The position numbers were made by a program, and so were the translations under genes. This document shows positions 16,897-28,185 of a stretch of 64,000 nt of DNA, piece after piece. The first letter of the stretch is position 1; each line of letters begins with the position of its first letter. The stretch is taken from contig JAKLEH010000001.1 of the NCBI GenBank assembly GCA_022703155.1, positions 16,482-80,481 of the forward strand, given 5' to 3'. This DNA is from Patescibacteria group bacterium. Its GTDB lineage: Bacteria; Patescibacteriota; Patescibacteriia; 2-12-FULL-60-25. The notes beneath the pieces were generated by a model. That model did no database searches and was not told where the DNA came from. It saw only the letters and a list, made by a program, of their open reading frames with translations.

Positions 16897-19107
16897 TTAG
16901 CCATTTTTTAAAATGTCTTGCAATTTAACCGAAAGCAATTGCGAGACGCCGTCGCTGCCCATGGTCACGCCGTACAGAATATGCGCCCGGCCCATGGTGG
17001 CGCGGTTATGGGTCACGATGATGAATTGCGTACGGTCGGAAAGTGAACTCACTATCTCCGCGAACTTGGCCGAATTGGATTCGTCCAACGCCGCGTCCAC
17101 CTCGTCCAAAACCACGAACGGCGACGGGTTGGTTGCCATGATGGCGCAAATCAACGCAATGGAAGTAAGCGCACGCTCCCCGCCCGAAAGCAAAGCGATG
17201 GATTTAAGGCGTTTACCCGGTGGCGTGGCTTGGATTTCGATGCCCGTGGGCCCGGCGTTCGGATCCACGTCCTTGACCAACTCACCTTGCTCATTGAATT
17301 CGGGCTCGGGGAAGACCTCCAGGATTTTGGCTTCGCCGCCCACGAACAGTTTTTTGAAATACAAACCGAATTCGCGGTCTAGGTTCCTGAAAGCCAATTT
17401 GCTGCGTTCGGCAATGGTCTGGTCCAGCTCTTTGACGATGGTTTCGAGCGACGCGATGGCTTGGGTCAAATCCTGGACCTGGACGTTGAGTTCGTCGTAG
17501 CGCTTTTTGGTTTCGCCGTATTCCTTGAGCGTCTCCGGGTCGATGCCACCGATCCACTCCAATTGTGCGCGCAATTTGGCGATGCGCGGCAAATGCGCTT
17601 CAGGCTGGGCTTCGGCGCCGCTTTTTTCGGCTAGCCTTTCCAGCGCGTCAGGCTCTTGGCCCACGTGCGCGTAAGCGTCCTGCAGAAACGCGTCGCGCCG
17701 CGTTTCCACGCGCGCCAGTTCCACGGCCGCTTCCGACACGCGCCGTTCGGCCGTGTGCTGTTCTTGCCGCAGGCGCGAAAGTTCGCGTTGCACATCGAAC
17801 AGGTGCGCGCGTTTCTTCTCTTCCTGCTTGTTCCATTGGTCCATGGCCTGTTGGGCTTCGAACGCCTTTTTATTAAGCTCGGACATGGACGACGCGATGT
17901 CCGCCATTTCCTTCACGATTTCCGGATCGATTTCCGGCGCCTGTTCTGGCTCGGGCGCAGGCCGCTCGAGTTTGGACACCAAATCCGCAGTGCGGCCGTG
18001 CAAATCCGCGACCATTTTTTTGACCTTCTCGATATCCGGCTTTTCCTGCTCCACCGCCTTAAGCAGTTCGGCGTGCCGTTTTTGCACGTCGTCGATGGCT
18101 TCGATGATTTTGGTAAGGGGTAATGGGGCCCAAGGCTTTTCCGCCCTGACCTTGGCCACTTCGCGTTTGGTCTCGAGCCGCATCTGGCGTTCGCGCAATC
18201 GCGATTTTTCCTCGTTCAGCCTGTCCATGGCCTCGCGCAGTGCGCCAAAACCTTCCGATTGGGGCACGGCTTTTTCCATGGCCGTGAGTTCGGCCTCAAG
18301 CTTCACCGATTCTTCCGCATGTTTGGCCGCGGCCGATGACGCGTCTTTGTGGTTCTTGTCGGCTTTGGACAAAGCGTCGCGCAAATCGCGCCACGTGCCG
18401 CCGTAATAGCGAGTCTCCAAATCCTTGAGTTCGGCTTCCAGGGCTTCGCGCTGCTCCAAACGCTTCACTTGACGTTCGAGCGAGGTCAGGCGCGGGCTGA
18501 TTTCGCGCAGCAGCGCCTCGGTCTGGCGCAAGTTGTCGTGCGAGGCTTCGAGTTTGTTGACGCTGGCCTGGCGTTTGAGCTGAAACGGCCGCAAACCCGC
18601 GGCTTCGTCAAAAAACACTTTGCGTTCCGTGGGCGATGACGAAAGCACCTCGTCCACCATGCCTTGGCCGATGACGCTATAAGTGCGTTGGCCGATGCCG
18701 CATTGCGCGAGCAAAAGCGTGACGTCGGTCAGGCGCGCGGCCTGACGGTTGACTTCATATTCTGATTGGCCGTCGCGGTACAACCGGCGCGTGATTACGA
18801 TTTCCGAGAGGTCGAGATCCGGCTTGTCGTCGTTCTCCATGTACATGGTAACTTCCGCGAATCCGGAACGCGCCTTCTTTTCCGTGCCCGAAAAAATCAC
18901 GTCCTCGGATTTCTTGCCGCGCAGCAATTTCATGCTCTGTTCGCCCATGACCCAGCGGATGGCGTCGGCCACGTTGGACTTGCCCGAACCGTTGGGTCCG
19001 ACCACGGCCGTCAAACCGCGTTTGCCGTCCGTGTCGGGTTGGAATTCCAACACCGTCTTGTTGGCGAAGGTCTTGAAACCTTGGATTTCTAGGCGCTTGA
19101 GGTACAT
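16897..19107 (-). CDS. smc: SMC-family chromosome segregation ATPase, unusually short (736 aa)
   Basis: Walker A head (VVGPNGSGKSNVADAIRWVMGEQS), long heptad-rich coiled coil, signature motif LSGGERALTSIAL and Walker B FVVLDEVDAALD. Confidence 0.9.
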   Translation of the reverse strand: MYLKRLEIQGFKTFANKTVLEFQPDTDGKRGLTAVVGPNGSGKSNVADAIRWVMGEQSMKLLRGKKSEDVIFSGTEKKARSGFAEVTMYMENDDKPDLDLSEIVITRRLYRDGQSEYEVNRQAARLTDVTLLLAQCGIGQRTYSVIGQGMVDEVLSSSPTERKVFFDEAAGLRPFQLKRQASVNKLEASHDNLRQTEALLREISPRLTSLERQVKRLEQREALEAELKDLETRYYGGTWRDLRDALSKADKNHKDASSAAAKHAEESVKLEAELTAMEKAVPQSEGFGALREAMDRLNEEKSRLRERQMRLETKREVAKVRAEKPWAPLPLTKIIEAIDDVQKRHAELLKAVEQEKPDIEKVKKMVADLHGRTADLVSKLERPAPEPEQAPEIDPEIVKEMADIASSMSELNKKAFEAQQAMDQWNKQEEKKRAHLFDVQRELSRLRQEQHTAERRVSEAAVELARVETRRDAFLQDAYAHVGQEPDALERLAEKSGAEAQPEAHLPRIAKLRAQLEWIGGIDPETLKEYGETKKRYDELNVQVQDLTQAIASLETIVKELDQTIAERSKLAFRNLDREFGLYFKKLFVGGEAKILEVFPEPEFNEQGELVKDVDPNAGPTGIEIQATPPGKRLKSIALLSGGERALTSIALICAIMATNPSPFVVLDEVDAALDESNSAKFAEIVSSLSDRTQFIIVTHNRATMGRAHILYGVTMGSDGVSQLLSVKLQDILKNG

Positions 19108-19269
19108 AAAATCGTCATTAGCATAAAGCCAAAACTGGCCGTTTACAAGGGGAAAAAGTACCTCTCCCCCACCCCTCCCTTACAAAGGGAGGGGCTTAAT
19201 TCACACCCTCCCTCGTTAAGGGAGGGTAGGGTGAGTTGACGTTATAAAAAACGGCCATGTAGCAGCCGT

Positions 19270-19581
19270 CTAACGAGTCTTGCGCGGGCCCATAGTCGGA
19301 CGCCGTTTGGCCTTTGTTGTTCGGCACGCCTTGTGCGTGCGAGAAAGTTCCTCGAGCGTAGGGTACTTGCGTTTGAGTTCAGATATGCTCATCGGACGAT
19401 CGAGCTGGAAACGGGAATCCTCCAACTCGAGACCCATGACGCCAAGCCCCCGGCCGGCCAAGGCAGTCCGAACCTCATCCAGGTCTTCCGAGTCCACCCA
19501 TAGGACTTCTCTGACGCTTTTGCCTTCGTTCTGTTCTGGCAACAACACCTTAACGAATGAACGCTGATGCTTGTCGGCCAT
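19270..19581 (-). CDS. Small hypothetical protein (103 aa) with a basic C-terminus
   Basis: Track ORF with a strong SD (AGGAGG, 5-nt spacer) upstream of ATG 19581. The terminator-like hairpin ACGGC...GCCGT plus a T run lies just downstream. Confidence 0.7.
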   Translation of the reverse strand: MADKHQRSFVKVLLPEQNEGKSVREVLWVDSEDLDEVRTALAGRGLGVMGLELEDSRFQLDRPMSISELKRKYPTLEELSRTHKACRTTKAKRRPTMGPRKTR

Positions 19582-19700
19582 CTGCTCCTCCTTACGTGGC
19601 GTTAGATTACATTCCTAGATCAAAATGTCAACCGGGACGATCCGACTTCCGACTCGATGCACTTGAAGGACCTGACGGACCTGATAGACTTGATGGACAC

Positions 19701-20269
19701 ATGGCGAGTTACGTCAGCCGCGCCGGCGAAAAACTTCAAGGCGCTTTGGAGCATTTCAAAATCGACCCAACCGGCCTGACATGTTTGGACGTGGTTTATT
19801 CCACGGGCGGCTTCACGGATTGCCTACTGCAGCGCGGCGCCACGCATGTCTATGCCGTGGATACAGGCTACGGTTTGCTGGACTGGAAATTGCGCAACGA
19901 CCCGCGCGTAACCGTGCTCGAACGCACCAATATCCTGCACGACGTGCCGGAGTTGGATGCGGCCAAAGACACGATTAAGCTGGCCGTGGCCGATACGAGT
20001 TGGACCAGATTACAAAAATCCGTGCCCGCGACCCTGCGCTTCCTTGCCCTGGCGCCCGTCTGCTTGCCCTCATCAAACCCCACTACCAAGTGGCTCCGGC
20101 CGATCTGGTCAAAGGCATCCTACCTGACGAAAAATCCGAAAAGGTCGCCGAACGCGTCCGCTCCGAGCTCCGTGATTCGGGCTTCGCGCTCAGACCCCTC
20201 TACGAATCCCCCATCCGCGGCGGCAAAGGAAATAGGGAGTTTTGGGTGCTAATCGATAAAAGTTCATAA
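19701..20269 (+). pseudogene. tlyA: TlyA/FtsJ-like rRNA 2'-O-methyltransferase split by a -1 frameshift near 20046-20050
   Basis: Frame A (from ATG 19701) reads MASYVSRAGEKLQGALEHFKIDPTGLTCLDVVYSTGGFTDCLLQRGATHVYAVDTGYGLLDWKLRNDPRV...VADTSWTRLQKSVPATLRFLA. Frame B continues PGARLLALIKPHYQVAPADLVKG...SPIRGGKGNREFWVLI. Both halves match the TlyA family in order, and the join falls at a CCC run. Confidence 0.75.
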
Positions 20270-20318
20270 TGTTGATAAAGTTTATAATGTTCGTAAAGTT
20301 CATAGCGTTGGGCGACTC

Positions 20319-20347
20319 TTAACAAAAAGCTCAATATATGCTAACTT
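20319..20347 (+). promoter_or_regulatory. Candidate promoter for rbfA-nrnA (TTAACA-17-TAACTT, with TG one nt upstream of the -10)
   Basis: The hexamers and 17-nt spacer are read from the sequence, 37 nt upstream of the rbfA ATG. Confidence 0.35.
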
Positions 20348-20383
20348 TATGAACATTACGAACGTTAAAAACGTTCAATCGCT

Positions 20384-20725
20384 ATGACCTCCCGCCCCCA
20401 ACGTTCCGAACACTTCCGCCAGGACATGGCCGATATTTTGGCGCGCCGCGCCGAGTTCCCCAATGCCTTTGTGACCGTGGTCGACGCGCACCTGACCGAC
20501 GACCAACAGTTCGCCACCATCATCCTAAGCGTCATGCCGGCTTCGGCCGAAGACTCGGTGCTGGAAGCGCTTAAAATCTACAAACGCGACATCGGCAAAG
20601 ACATGGCCAAAACGCTGAAGCTGCGCCGCATGCCCATCTTAAATTGGAAATTCGATTACACGGAAGAAAAGGCGCAACACATCGAGGATTATATGGAGGA
20701 TTTGAAAAGGAAGGGCGAGCTGTAA
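20384..20725 (+). CDS. rbfA: Ribosome-binding factor A-like protein
   Basis: 113 aa. The size and the pattern FVTVVDAHLTDDQQFATIILSV...LRRMPILNWKFDYT fit RbfA. The family call is from memory. Confidence 0.6.
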   Translation: MTSRPQRSEHFRQDMADILARRAEFPNAFVTVVDAHLTDDQQFATIILSVMPASAEDSVLEALKIYKRDIGKDMAKTLKLRRMPILNWKFDYTEEKAQHIEDYMEDLKRKGEL

Positions 20726-20793
20726 CCAAAGCGTTCGCCTTCCCAACCCCTTGACCAAACCCTAAATTCGGGTTAATTTGTCGCATTGGTTTT

Positions 20794-21756
20794 ATGGAAC
20801 TGACCCATCGCTACAAACGGCTTCACGACCTGTTGGCGAACGCCCAGCGGGTGCTTGTAATTGCCCATAAAAAGCCGGACGGCGACGCGTTGGGTTCCAC
20901 GACCGCCATGCACCTGTGGCTCAAGCGTTTGGGCAAAGACGTCGCTTTGTTTTGCGCGGACAAACCCGGCCCGTCATACGCCCATCTCGCGAGCTCCATG
21001 GATTATTCCAACGACCCGGCGGTTTTCGACCAGCCGTACGACGCGGTCATGGTTTTGGATTCCGGCGATCTGCGTTACGCGGGCGTGGACCAATTCATGG
21101 CGCGACTTCCCGGCAAGCCCACGCTCGTGGACATGGACCACCACGCAACCAACCAGTTCTTCGGCGACGTGAACGTGGTTAGGCCTGACGCCAGTTCGAC
21201 GTGCGAGGTGGCTTATGGATTTTTCGAGGCCAACGGCGTGTTCATCGATCCGGAAATTGCGACCGCCTTGCTCACCGGCATCCTCACGGACACGTCGCAT
21301 TTTTCCAATGCCGCGACTACAAGCCGAGTTTTTGACGCGGCCGGCAAACTGATCTCGCTTGGCGCCGATACTTCTGCCATTACGCGCGGCATTCTGATGA
21401 ATAAGGAAGTTCCGCTGTTGCGCCTGTGGGGTACGGCCTTCTCGCGTTTGCGCCATAACCCCAAATACGACATCACGTTCACTTACCTCTTGCCCGAGGA
21501 TTCCAAAGCCGCAGGCGTGGCCCCGCAAACCACCGAAGGCTTAATCAATTTTTTGGCCGCCGTGTGCGGTAGCGCGGACGCGGTCATGGTCGTGCAGGAT
21601 ACGGGCACGGGCACGGTCAAAGGCTCGTTCCGTTCCGTGCGCCGCAACGTCGCGGCCGTGGCCAAACTCATCGGCGGCGGCGGCCACGTCAAAGCCTCGG
21701 GATTCGCCATCGACGGCAAACTCGAAATGACGACGGACGGGGTGAGGGTGGTTTAG
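20794..21756 (+). CDS. nrnA: DHH/DHHA1 phosphoesterase (NrnA-type oligoribonuclease/pAp phosphatase)
   Basis: DHH motifs HKKPDGDALGS, DSGD and DMDHHATN, plus the DHHA1 motif GGGGHVKASGF. Confidence 0.85.
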   Translation: MELTHRYKRLHDLLANAQRVLVIAHKKPDGDALGSTTAMHLWLKRLGKDVALFCADKPGPSYAHLASSMDYSNDPAVFDQPYDAVMVLDSGDLRYAGVDQFMARLPGKPTLVDMDHHATNQFFGDVNVVRPDASSTCEVAYGFFEANGVFIDPEIATALLTGILTDTSHFSNAATTSRVFDAAGKLISLGADTSAITRGILMNKEVPLLRLWGTAFSRLRHNPKYDITFTYLLPEDSKAAGVAPQTTEGLINFLAAVCGSADAVMVVQDTGTGTVKGSFRSVRRNVAAVAKLIGGGGHVKASGFAIDGKLEMTTDGVRVV

Positions 21757-21871
21757 CACTCTCCACATTTGACTGCCAAATATGTTTGGTTTATCATTGC
21801 CTACGTCATCCCGAACTTGATTCAGGATATCAATTAACAACAATCGATCGAGATGCCGAAATAAATCCGGC

Positions 21872-22516
21872 ATGACCATAGCGATAAAATTTATAAAAAT
21901 TATGAGCAACCGATATACGATAACCTCCCAAATGCACGGCAGCTTTTTGGTCCCGACAGTCATCGAAAAGACGCATCAGGGCGAACGCGCTTATGATATC
22001 TACTCGCGTCTCTTGAAGGACCGCATCATTATGCTGGGTTCGCCCATCGACGACGACGTGGCTAATATCGTGGTCGCGCAAATGCTGTTTTTGGAAAGCG
22101 AAGACAAGTCCAAGGACATCAAACTTTACATCAACTCCCCGGGCGGTTCGGTGAGCGCGGGCTTGGCCATATACGACACCATGCAGACCGTGGCCTGCGA
22201 CGTGCAGACCATTTGCATCGGCATGGCCGCGTCCATGGGCGCTGTGCTGCTTGCGGGCGGCAAGCCCGGCAAGCGCATGGCTTTGCCCAACTCGGAAATC
22301 ATGATCCACCAGGTGCTGGGCGGGGTGGAAGGCCAAGCCACGGACATCAAAATCCGCGCCGAGCGCATCCTCAAAATGAAGGACCAGCTCAACAAGATTC
22401 TGTCCAAACACACGGGCAAGAACTTCAAGCAGGTGGAGTTGGACACGGACCGCGACAACTTCATGGATCCCAAGCAGGCGAAGGCTTACGGGTTGATAGA
22501 CAAGATTCTCGAATAA
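21872..22516 (+). CDS. clpP: ATP-dependent Clp protease proteolytic subunit
   Basis: [16 protein letters not shown], the active-site Ser in [11 protein letters not shown] and the His in IMIHQ. The real start may be ATG 21902. Confidence 0.92.
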   Translation: MTIAIKFIKIMSNRYTITSQMHGSFLVPTVIEKTHQGERAYDIYSRLLKDRIIMLGSPIDDDVANIVVAQMLFLESEDKSKDIKLYINSPGGSVSAGLAIYDTMQTVACDVQTICIGMAASMGAVLLAGGKPGKRMALPNSEIMIHQVLGGVEGQATDIKIRAERILKMKDQLNKILSKHTGKNFKQVELDTDRDNFMDPKQAKAYGLIDKILE

Positions 22517-22590
22517 ATGGTCCTGGGTCCTAGGTGCTTGGTCCTGGTCGATGAACAAACCCAGACCCCGGACCAAGGACGAAGGACCAA

Positions 22591-22614
22591 AAATCCGGCC
22601 TCGCGGCCGGATTT
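22591..22614. terminator. Bidirectional terminator between the convergent clpP and gyrA genes
   Basis: AAATCCGGCC-tcgc-GGCCGGATTT, flanked by an A run upstream and a T-rich stretch downstream. Confidence 0.6.
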
Positions 22615-22673
22615 ATGTTATCTTAAATTCCGACTTCCTGTTTAATGACCTCCGACATGATACATGTCCGCGG

Positions 22674-25166
<2,493 letters not shown>

Positions 25167-25281
25167 ATCGATGGTGTCTGATGTCGGATGTCGGAAGTCA
25201 AGTCAAGGAAATCGCATTTCGGATTCTGATTTTATGCTTCCGGAATTACCTGTGGCTGATGAATCTTACAAATCTTATGAA

Positions 25282-25833
25282 TCACTTTAAGTCCTCGGTC
25301 ACACCCGCGGGCAAGGCCGGTTTGGCCGTAGCGTCCGCCGTCTCAGCCTGGGCCCGGGTGCCGCTGGCCGCGGCTTTAACCGCTTGGGTCAAAACTTGTT
25401 GGAAATTCACGTTCGCGCCTTGGGCATCCTGCAGTTGCCGGAGTTGGGTTTGGGCTTGCTGGATGTTTTGCATCAGCCCGTCCTCGTTTTTCTTGTCTTC
25501 GAAAGTTTGTTTGACCTGGCCCGGCAAATCCTTAAGTTGGTTCGTGATTTCCGCCGGGGGTTGGATGGCGTTCGCGATTGACTGGCGCATGGCATAGACC
25601 CAGCCCGCGCCGATGGCTACCACGCATATCATCACCCCGGCCCACAACGATGCCATTTGGCTTCGGTTCATGGGCACGCGGCGCGCGGCATGGGCCTCTA
25701 TGACCTGCCGCTTCTCTTCTTCGCTCATGAGCAGCGTGCGCGGCGGCGGTTTGACCTCGGTTTGGGGCCTAGGCGGCGGCGCGTCGAATGTGCGTTTGCG
25801 GGGCATAATTTTTATTGAATTGCCAATATCCAA
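25282..25833 (-). CDS. Hypothetical single-pass membrane protein
   Basis: Track ORF with a TM helix (LWAGVMICVVAIGAGWVYA) and a Q-rich coiled tail. The likely start is ATG 25806 (MPRKRTF), because the longer N-terminus overlaps a heptad-repeat element. Confidence 0.6.
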   Translation of the reverse strand: MDIGNSIKIMPRKRTFDAPPPRPQTEVKPPPRTLLMSEEEKRQVIEAHAARRVPMNRSQMASLWAGVMICVVAIGAGWVYAMRQSIANAIQPPAEITNQLKDLPGQVKQTFEDKKNEDGLMQNIQQAQTQLRQLQDAQGANVNFQQVLTQAVKAAASGTRAQAETADATAKPALPAGVTEDLK

Positions 25834-25894
25834 TAGCCAAGATCCATTTCAACCCTCCTGCGTTTGGTCATTGGTATTTGGTTATTGGTTATTC
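25807..25894. repeat. Inverted pair of TTGGNNA/TNNCCAA heptad arrays upstream of the 25806 start codon
   Basis: Plus strand: AATTGCCAATATCCAATAGCCAAG (25818-25841) and TTTGGTCATTGGTATTTGGTTATTGGTTATTC (25863-25894). The sense strand just 5' of the ATG reads TTGGCTA TTGGATA TTGGCAA TTCAATA. Confidence 0.75.
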
Positions 25895-25903
25895 TTATGA
25901 GAT

Positions 25904-26548
25904 TCACGTCCTTTCCACCACCATAACCACCAAATCTTCGGCCGGCAATTCCTTTTTGGCGATCTTCAGGCGATTGGCGTCCTGGCGTTTGCAGACTCCC
26001 ATGGCGCCACAGAACTGCTCCACGGTTCCGAGTTGGGTTTTGATGCCCGGTACGTGGTAGTGCATAGGCAAAACCATGCGCGGTTCGATCATGGAGATGA
26101 CGCTGGCCGCGGTCTTGCCGTCCATGACTTCGCCGCCGCCCACGGGCAGGATGAGCACGTCCACGTTGCCCAAAGCCTCGATTTCGTAATCCGTGGGCTT
26201 GCGTCCCAATTGGTCCAAAAAAGCCACGTTCATGTCTTCGGCTTGGATGCTGAAGATGAGCGGACGCTTGAGGCCTTCCTCGGCCGCCGGATCCTGGATG
26301 CCGTGCACGAACACGCCGCGTACTTCGTATTCCCCCGGATCGGAAATCACGAACGGAGAACCGGCCACGCCTTCCACGTTGAACTTCTTGCGGTCTTGGT
26401 GGGACAGCAAAAGGATGTCCGGTTCGATGGTCCGGGGAAAGCGGATGGCCTGCTCGTTTTCGTACGGGTCGGTCATGATGGTGACCGTCTTGTCGCCGTA
26501 TTTCGCCTCGATGCGCACCGAGGAATAACCATGCCAGAAAATTTGCAT
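25904..26548 (-). CDS. MBL-fold metal-dependent hydrolase (UPF0173-like)
   Basis: 214 aa: MQIFWHGYSSVRIE...LLLSHQD...VLILPVGG...LPMHYH. The family call is from memory. Confidence 0.7.
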   Translation of the reverse strand: MQIFWHGYSSVRIEAKYGDKTVTIMTDPYENEQAIRFPRTIEPDILLLSHQDRKKFNVEGVAGSPFVISDPGEYEVRGVFVHGIQDPAAEEGLKRPLIFSIQAEDMNVAFLDQLGRKPTDYEIEALGNVDVLILPVGGGEVMDGKTAASVISMIEPRMVLPMHYHVPGIKTQLGTVEQFCGAMGVCKRQDANRLKIAKKELPAEDLVVMVVERT

Positions 26549-26643
26549 AATCTAGAGCAATTTTGATGGCCAAAGATTACCATATTTACGGCCTCCGGAC
26601 AAGCCAAAAATCGGGGCGTGTCAATCCCCCGGACCATGTCCCG

Positions 26644-26691
26644 CGTCGCACGTCCCACCGTCCTAAAACCTGCGACGCGGGACGTGCGACG
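26644..26691 (-). terminator. Strong hairpin (13-bp perfect stem, 22-nt loop) immediately 3' of ruvC
   Basis: CGTCGCACGTCCC (26644-26656) pairs with GGGACGTGCGACG (26679-26691). There is no adjacent U run, so its role as a terminator is uncertain. Confidence 0.35.
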
Positions 26692-26701
26692 ATGCGACGT
26701 T

Positions 26702-27187
26702 TTACCGCATTCTTTGTTGCGTCTTGAACGCAAACCCGCCCGCAATGGCGATGCCGAGCGCGTCGGCCGCGTCGTCGGGTTTAGGGATTTCTTTAAGCTT
26801 CAACAGCCGCGCCACCATCTGTTCCATCTGCTTTTTGTCCGCGCCGCCGTACCCGGCCACGGCTTGTTTGATTTCGTTTGGCGTAAGTTCGACCAAGGGC
26901 AAACCCGCGTCCGCGATGGCCAACAGAATGACGCCGCGCGCCATGCCGACCTTGAGAGCGGTTTTGACGTTGGTTTGGAAAAACAATTTTTCCACGGCCA
27001 CGGCGTCGGGCTTGAAGCGCCGGATGGCTTCAGCCACGTCGTTCCTGACGGTTTGGAGGCGTTCGGAAAAATCCGACTCCGCGTCGGTTTCGATGCACGA
27101 ATGCCAAACATGTTTTGCGTCCGTTCCCGTGAACTCAACAACGCCGAGACCCGTACGTCCGAAGCCAGGATCGATGCCGAGGACCAT
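26702..27187 (-). CDS. ruvC: Holliday junction resolvase RuvC
   Basis: MVLGIDPGFGRTGLGVVEF...VAVEKLFF...DAADALGIAI. The start is set at ATG 27187, with SD AAGGAGGGG 7 nt upstream. The 51-aa track extension overlaps the yebC 3' end and looks non-coding. Confidence 0.9.
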   Translation of the reverse strand: MVLGIDPGFGRTGLGVVEFTGTDAKHVWHSCIETDAESDFSERLQTVRNDVAEAIRRFKPDAVAVEKLFFQTNVKTALKVGMARGVILLAIADAGLPLVELTPNEIKQAVAGYGGADKKQMEQMVARLLKLKEIPKPDDAADALGIAIAGGFAFKTQQRMR

Positions 27188-27287
27188 TAACTTTCCCCTC
27201 CTTGATGAGGAGGGGTTAGGGGTGGTGTCGTTTAATTTTTCTCCCACCCCCTCTTGCTCCCCCTCTGGCAGGGGGAGAACGGCGTTA

Positions 27288-28007
27288 TCAATTGGCATTC
27301 GTAAACACGTTCTGCACGTCATCGTTCTCCTCCAATGCATCCACCAATTTGGCCACGGATTCGCCTTCGGTTTCGGTGAGCTCGACCGTATTCTTGGGCA
27401 GCCATTCGAACTGCGCAGACGCGACCGTAAGGCCGGATTTGGCGGCCGCGTCGTTGATTTTTGAGAGGTCGGACAAGGCGCAAACGATCATTGTCTCACC
27501 GTCTTGTTCTTTGATGTCCTCGGCTCCGGCTTCGATGAGCGCCATCTCGACGTCGTCTTTTTTGTCGGCCGGGATGGCGTTGGCGCGCACCACGCCTTTA
27601 TGGTCGAATTGGAAAGCCACGGAACCGGGCGTAGCCAAAGTGCCGCCGTTTTTGGACAGTATGATTTTGACGTCATTGGCTGCGCGGTTGCGGTTGTCGG
27701 TCAGGCATTCGACGATGTAGGCCGTGCCCGCCGGACCGTAAGCCTCGTAACGCAAGCTCTCGACCTGTTCCTCGCCGTTCGCGCCGGAACCGCGCGTGAC
27801 GGCGCGTTCGATGCTGTCCTTGGGCATGTTGGCCGCGCGTGCGCGGTCGATGGCCATGCGCAACATGAAGTTCATGCCCGGATCCGGGCCTTTTTCGCGA
27901 ACCGCAACCACGATCTCACGCGCGAGTTTGGTGAAGGAAGCCGAACGCTTGGCGTCGACGGCCCCCTTGAACTGTTTGACTTTGCTCCATTTGGAATGGC
28001 CAGACAT
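27288..28007 (-). CDS. yebC: YebC/PmpR family transcriptional/translational regulator
   Basis: MSGHSKWSKVKQFKGAVDAKRSASFTKLAREI...; the start is set at ATG 28007. Confidence 0.9.
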   Translation of the reverse strand: MSGHSKWSKVKQFKGAVDAKRSASFTKLAREIVVAVREKGPDPGMNFMLRMAIDRARAANMPKDSIERAVTRGSGANGEEQVESLRYEAYGPAGTAYIVECLTDNRNRAANDVKIILSKNGGTLATPGSVAFQFDHKGVVRANAIPADKKDDVEMALIEAGAEDIKEQDGETMIVCALSDLSKINDAAAKSGLTVASAQFEWLPKNTVELTETEGESVAKLVDALEENDDVQNVFTNAN

Positions 28008-28133
28008 ATTTCGTAAACATGTAACTTGTAGCATGTATCAGGCGGCAACGAACGGTACGTTGCTTCAAGTTACATAATACATGCTACATGATATGCCCGA
28101 TGTTACCCTCCCCTTCCGCGTTTGTCGAGAAGC

Positions 28134-28185
28134 AAAAAGCGGCGTCCCGCTTGGCCAAGGCTTCGTGGGATACGCCGCTTTTTTT
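28134..28185. terminator. Terminator downstream of rpoC (bidirectional design)
   Basis: AAAAAGCGGCGT...ACGCCGCTTTTTTT: an 8-bp GC stem, a structured ~25-nt loop, and A/T runs on both sides. Confidence 0.55.

Noticed and set aside
20040-20055. Programmed -1 ribosomal frameshift in tlyA
   Set aside because: There is no X-XXY-YYZ slippery heptamer and no obvious downstream stimulatory structure. A single-base indel in a C run is the simpler explanation.
27188-27340. N-terminal extensions of track ORFs (ruvC +51 aa, yebC +9 aa to 28034, recA +21 aa to 45031, tlyA from 19557, hsp20 to 14095)
   Set aside because: The conserved family N-termini ([36 protein letters not shown]) begin at internal ATGs. 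The extensions overlap repeats, promoters or the neighbouring gene.
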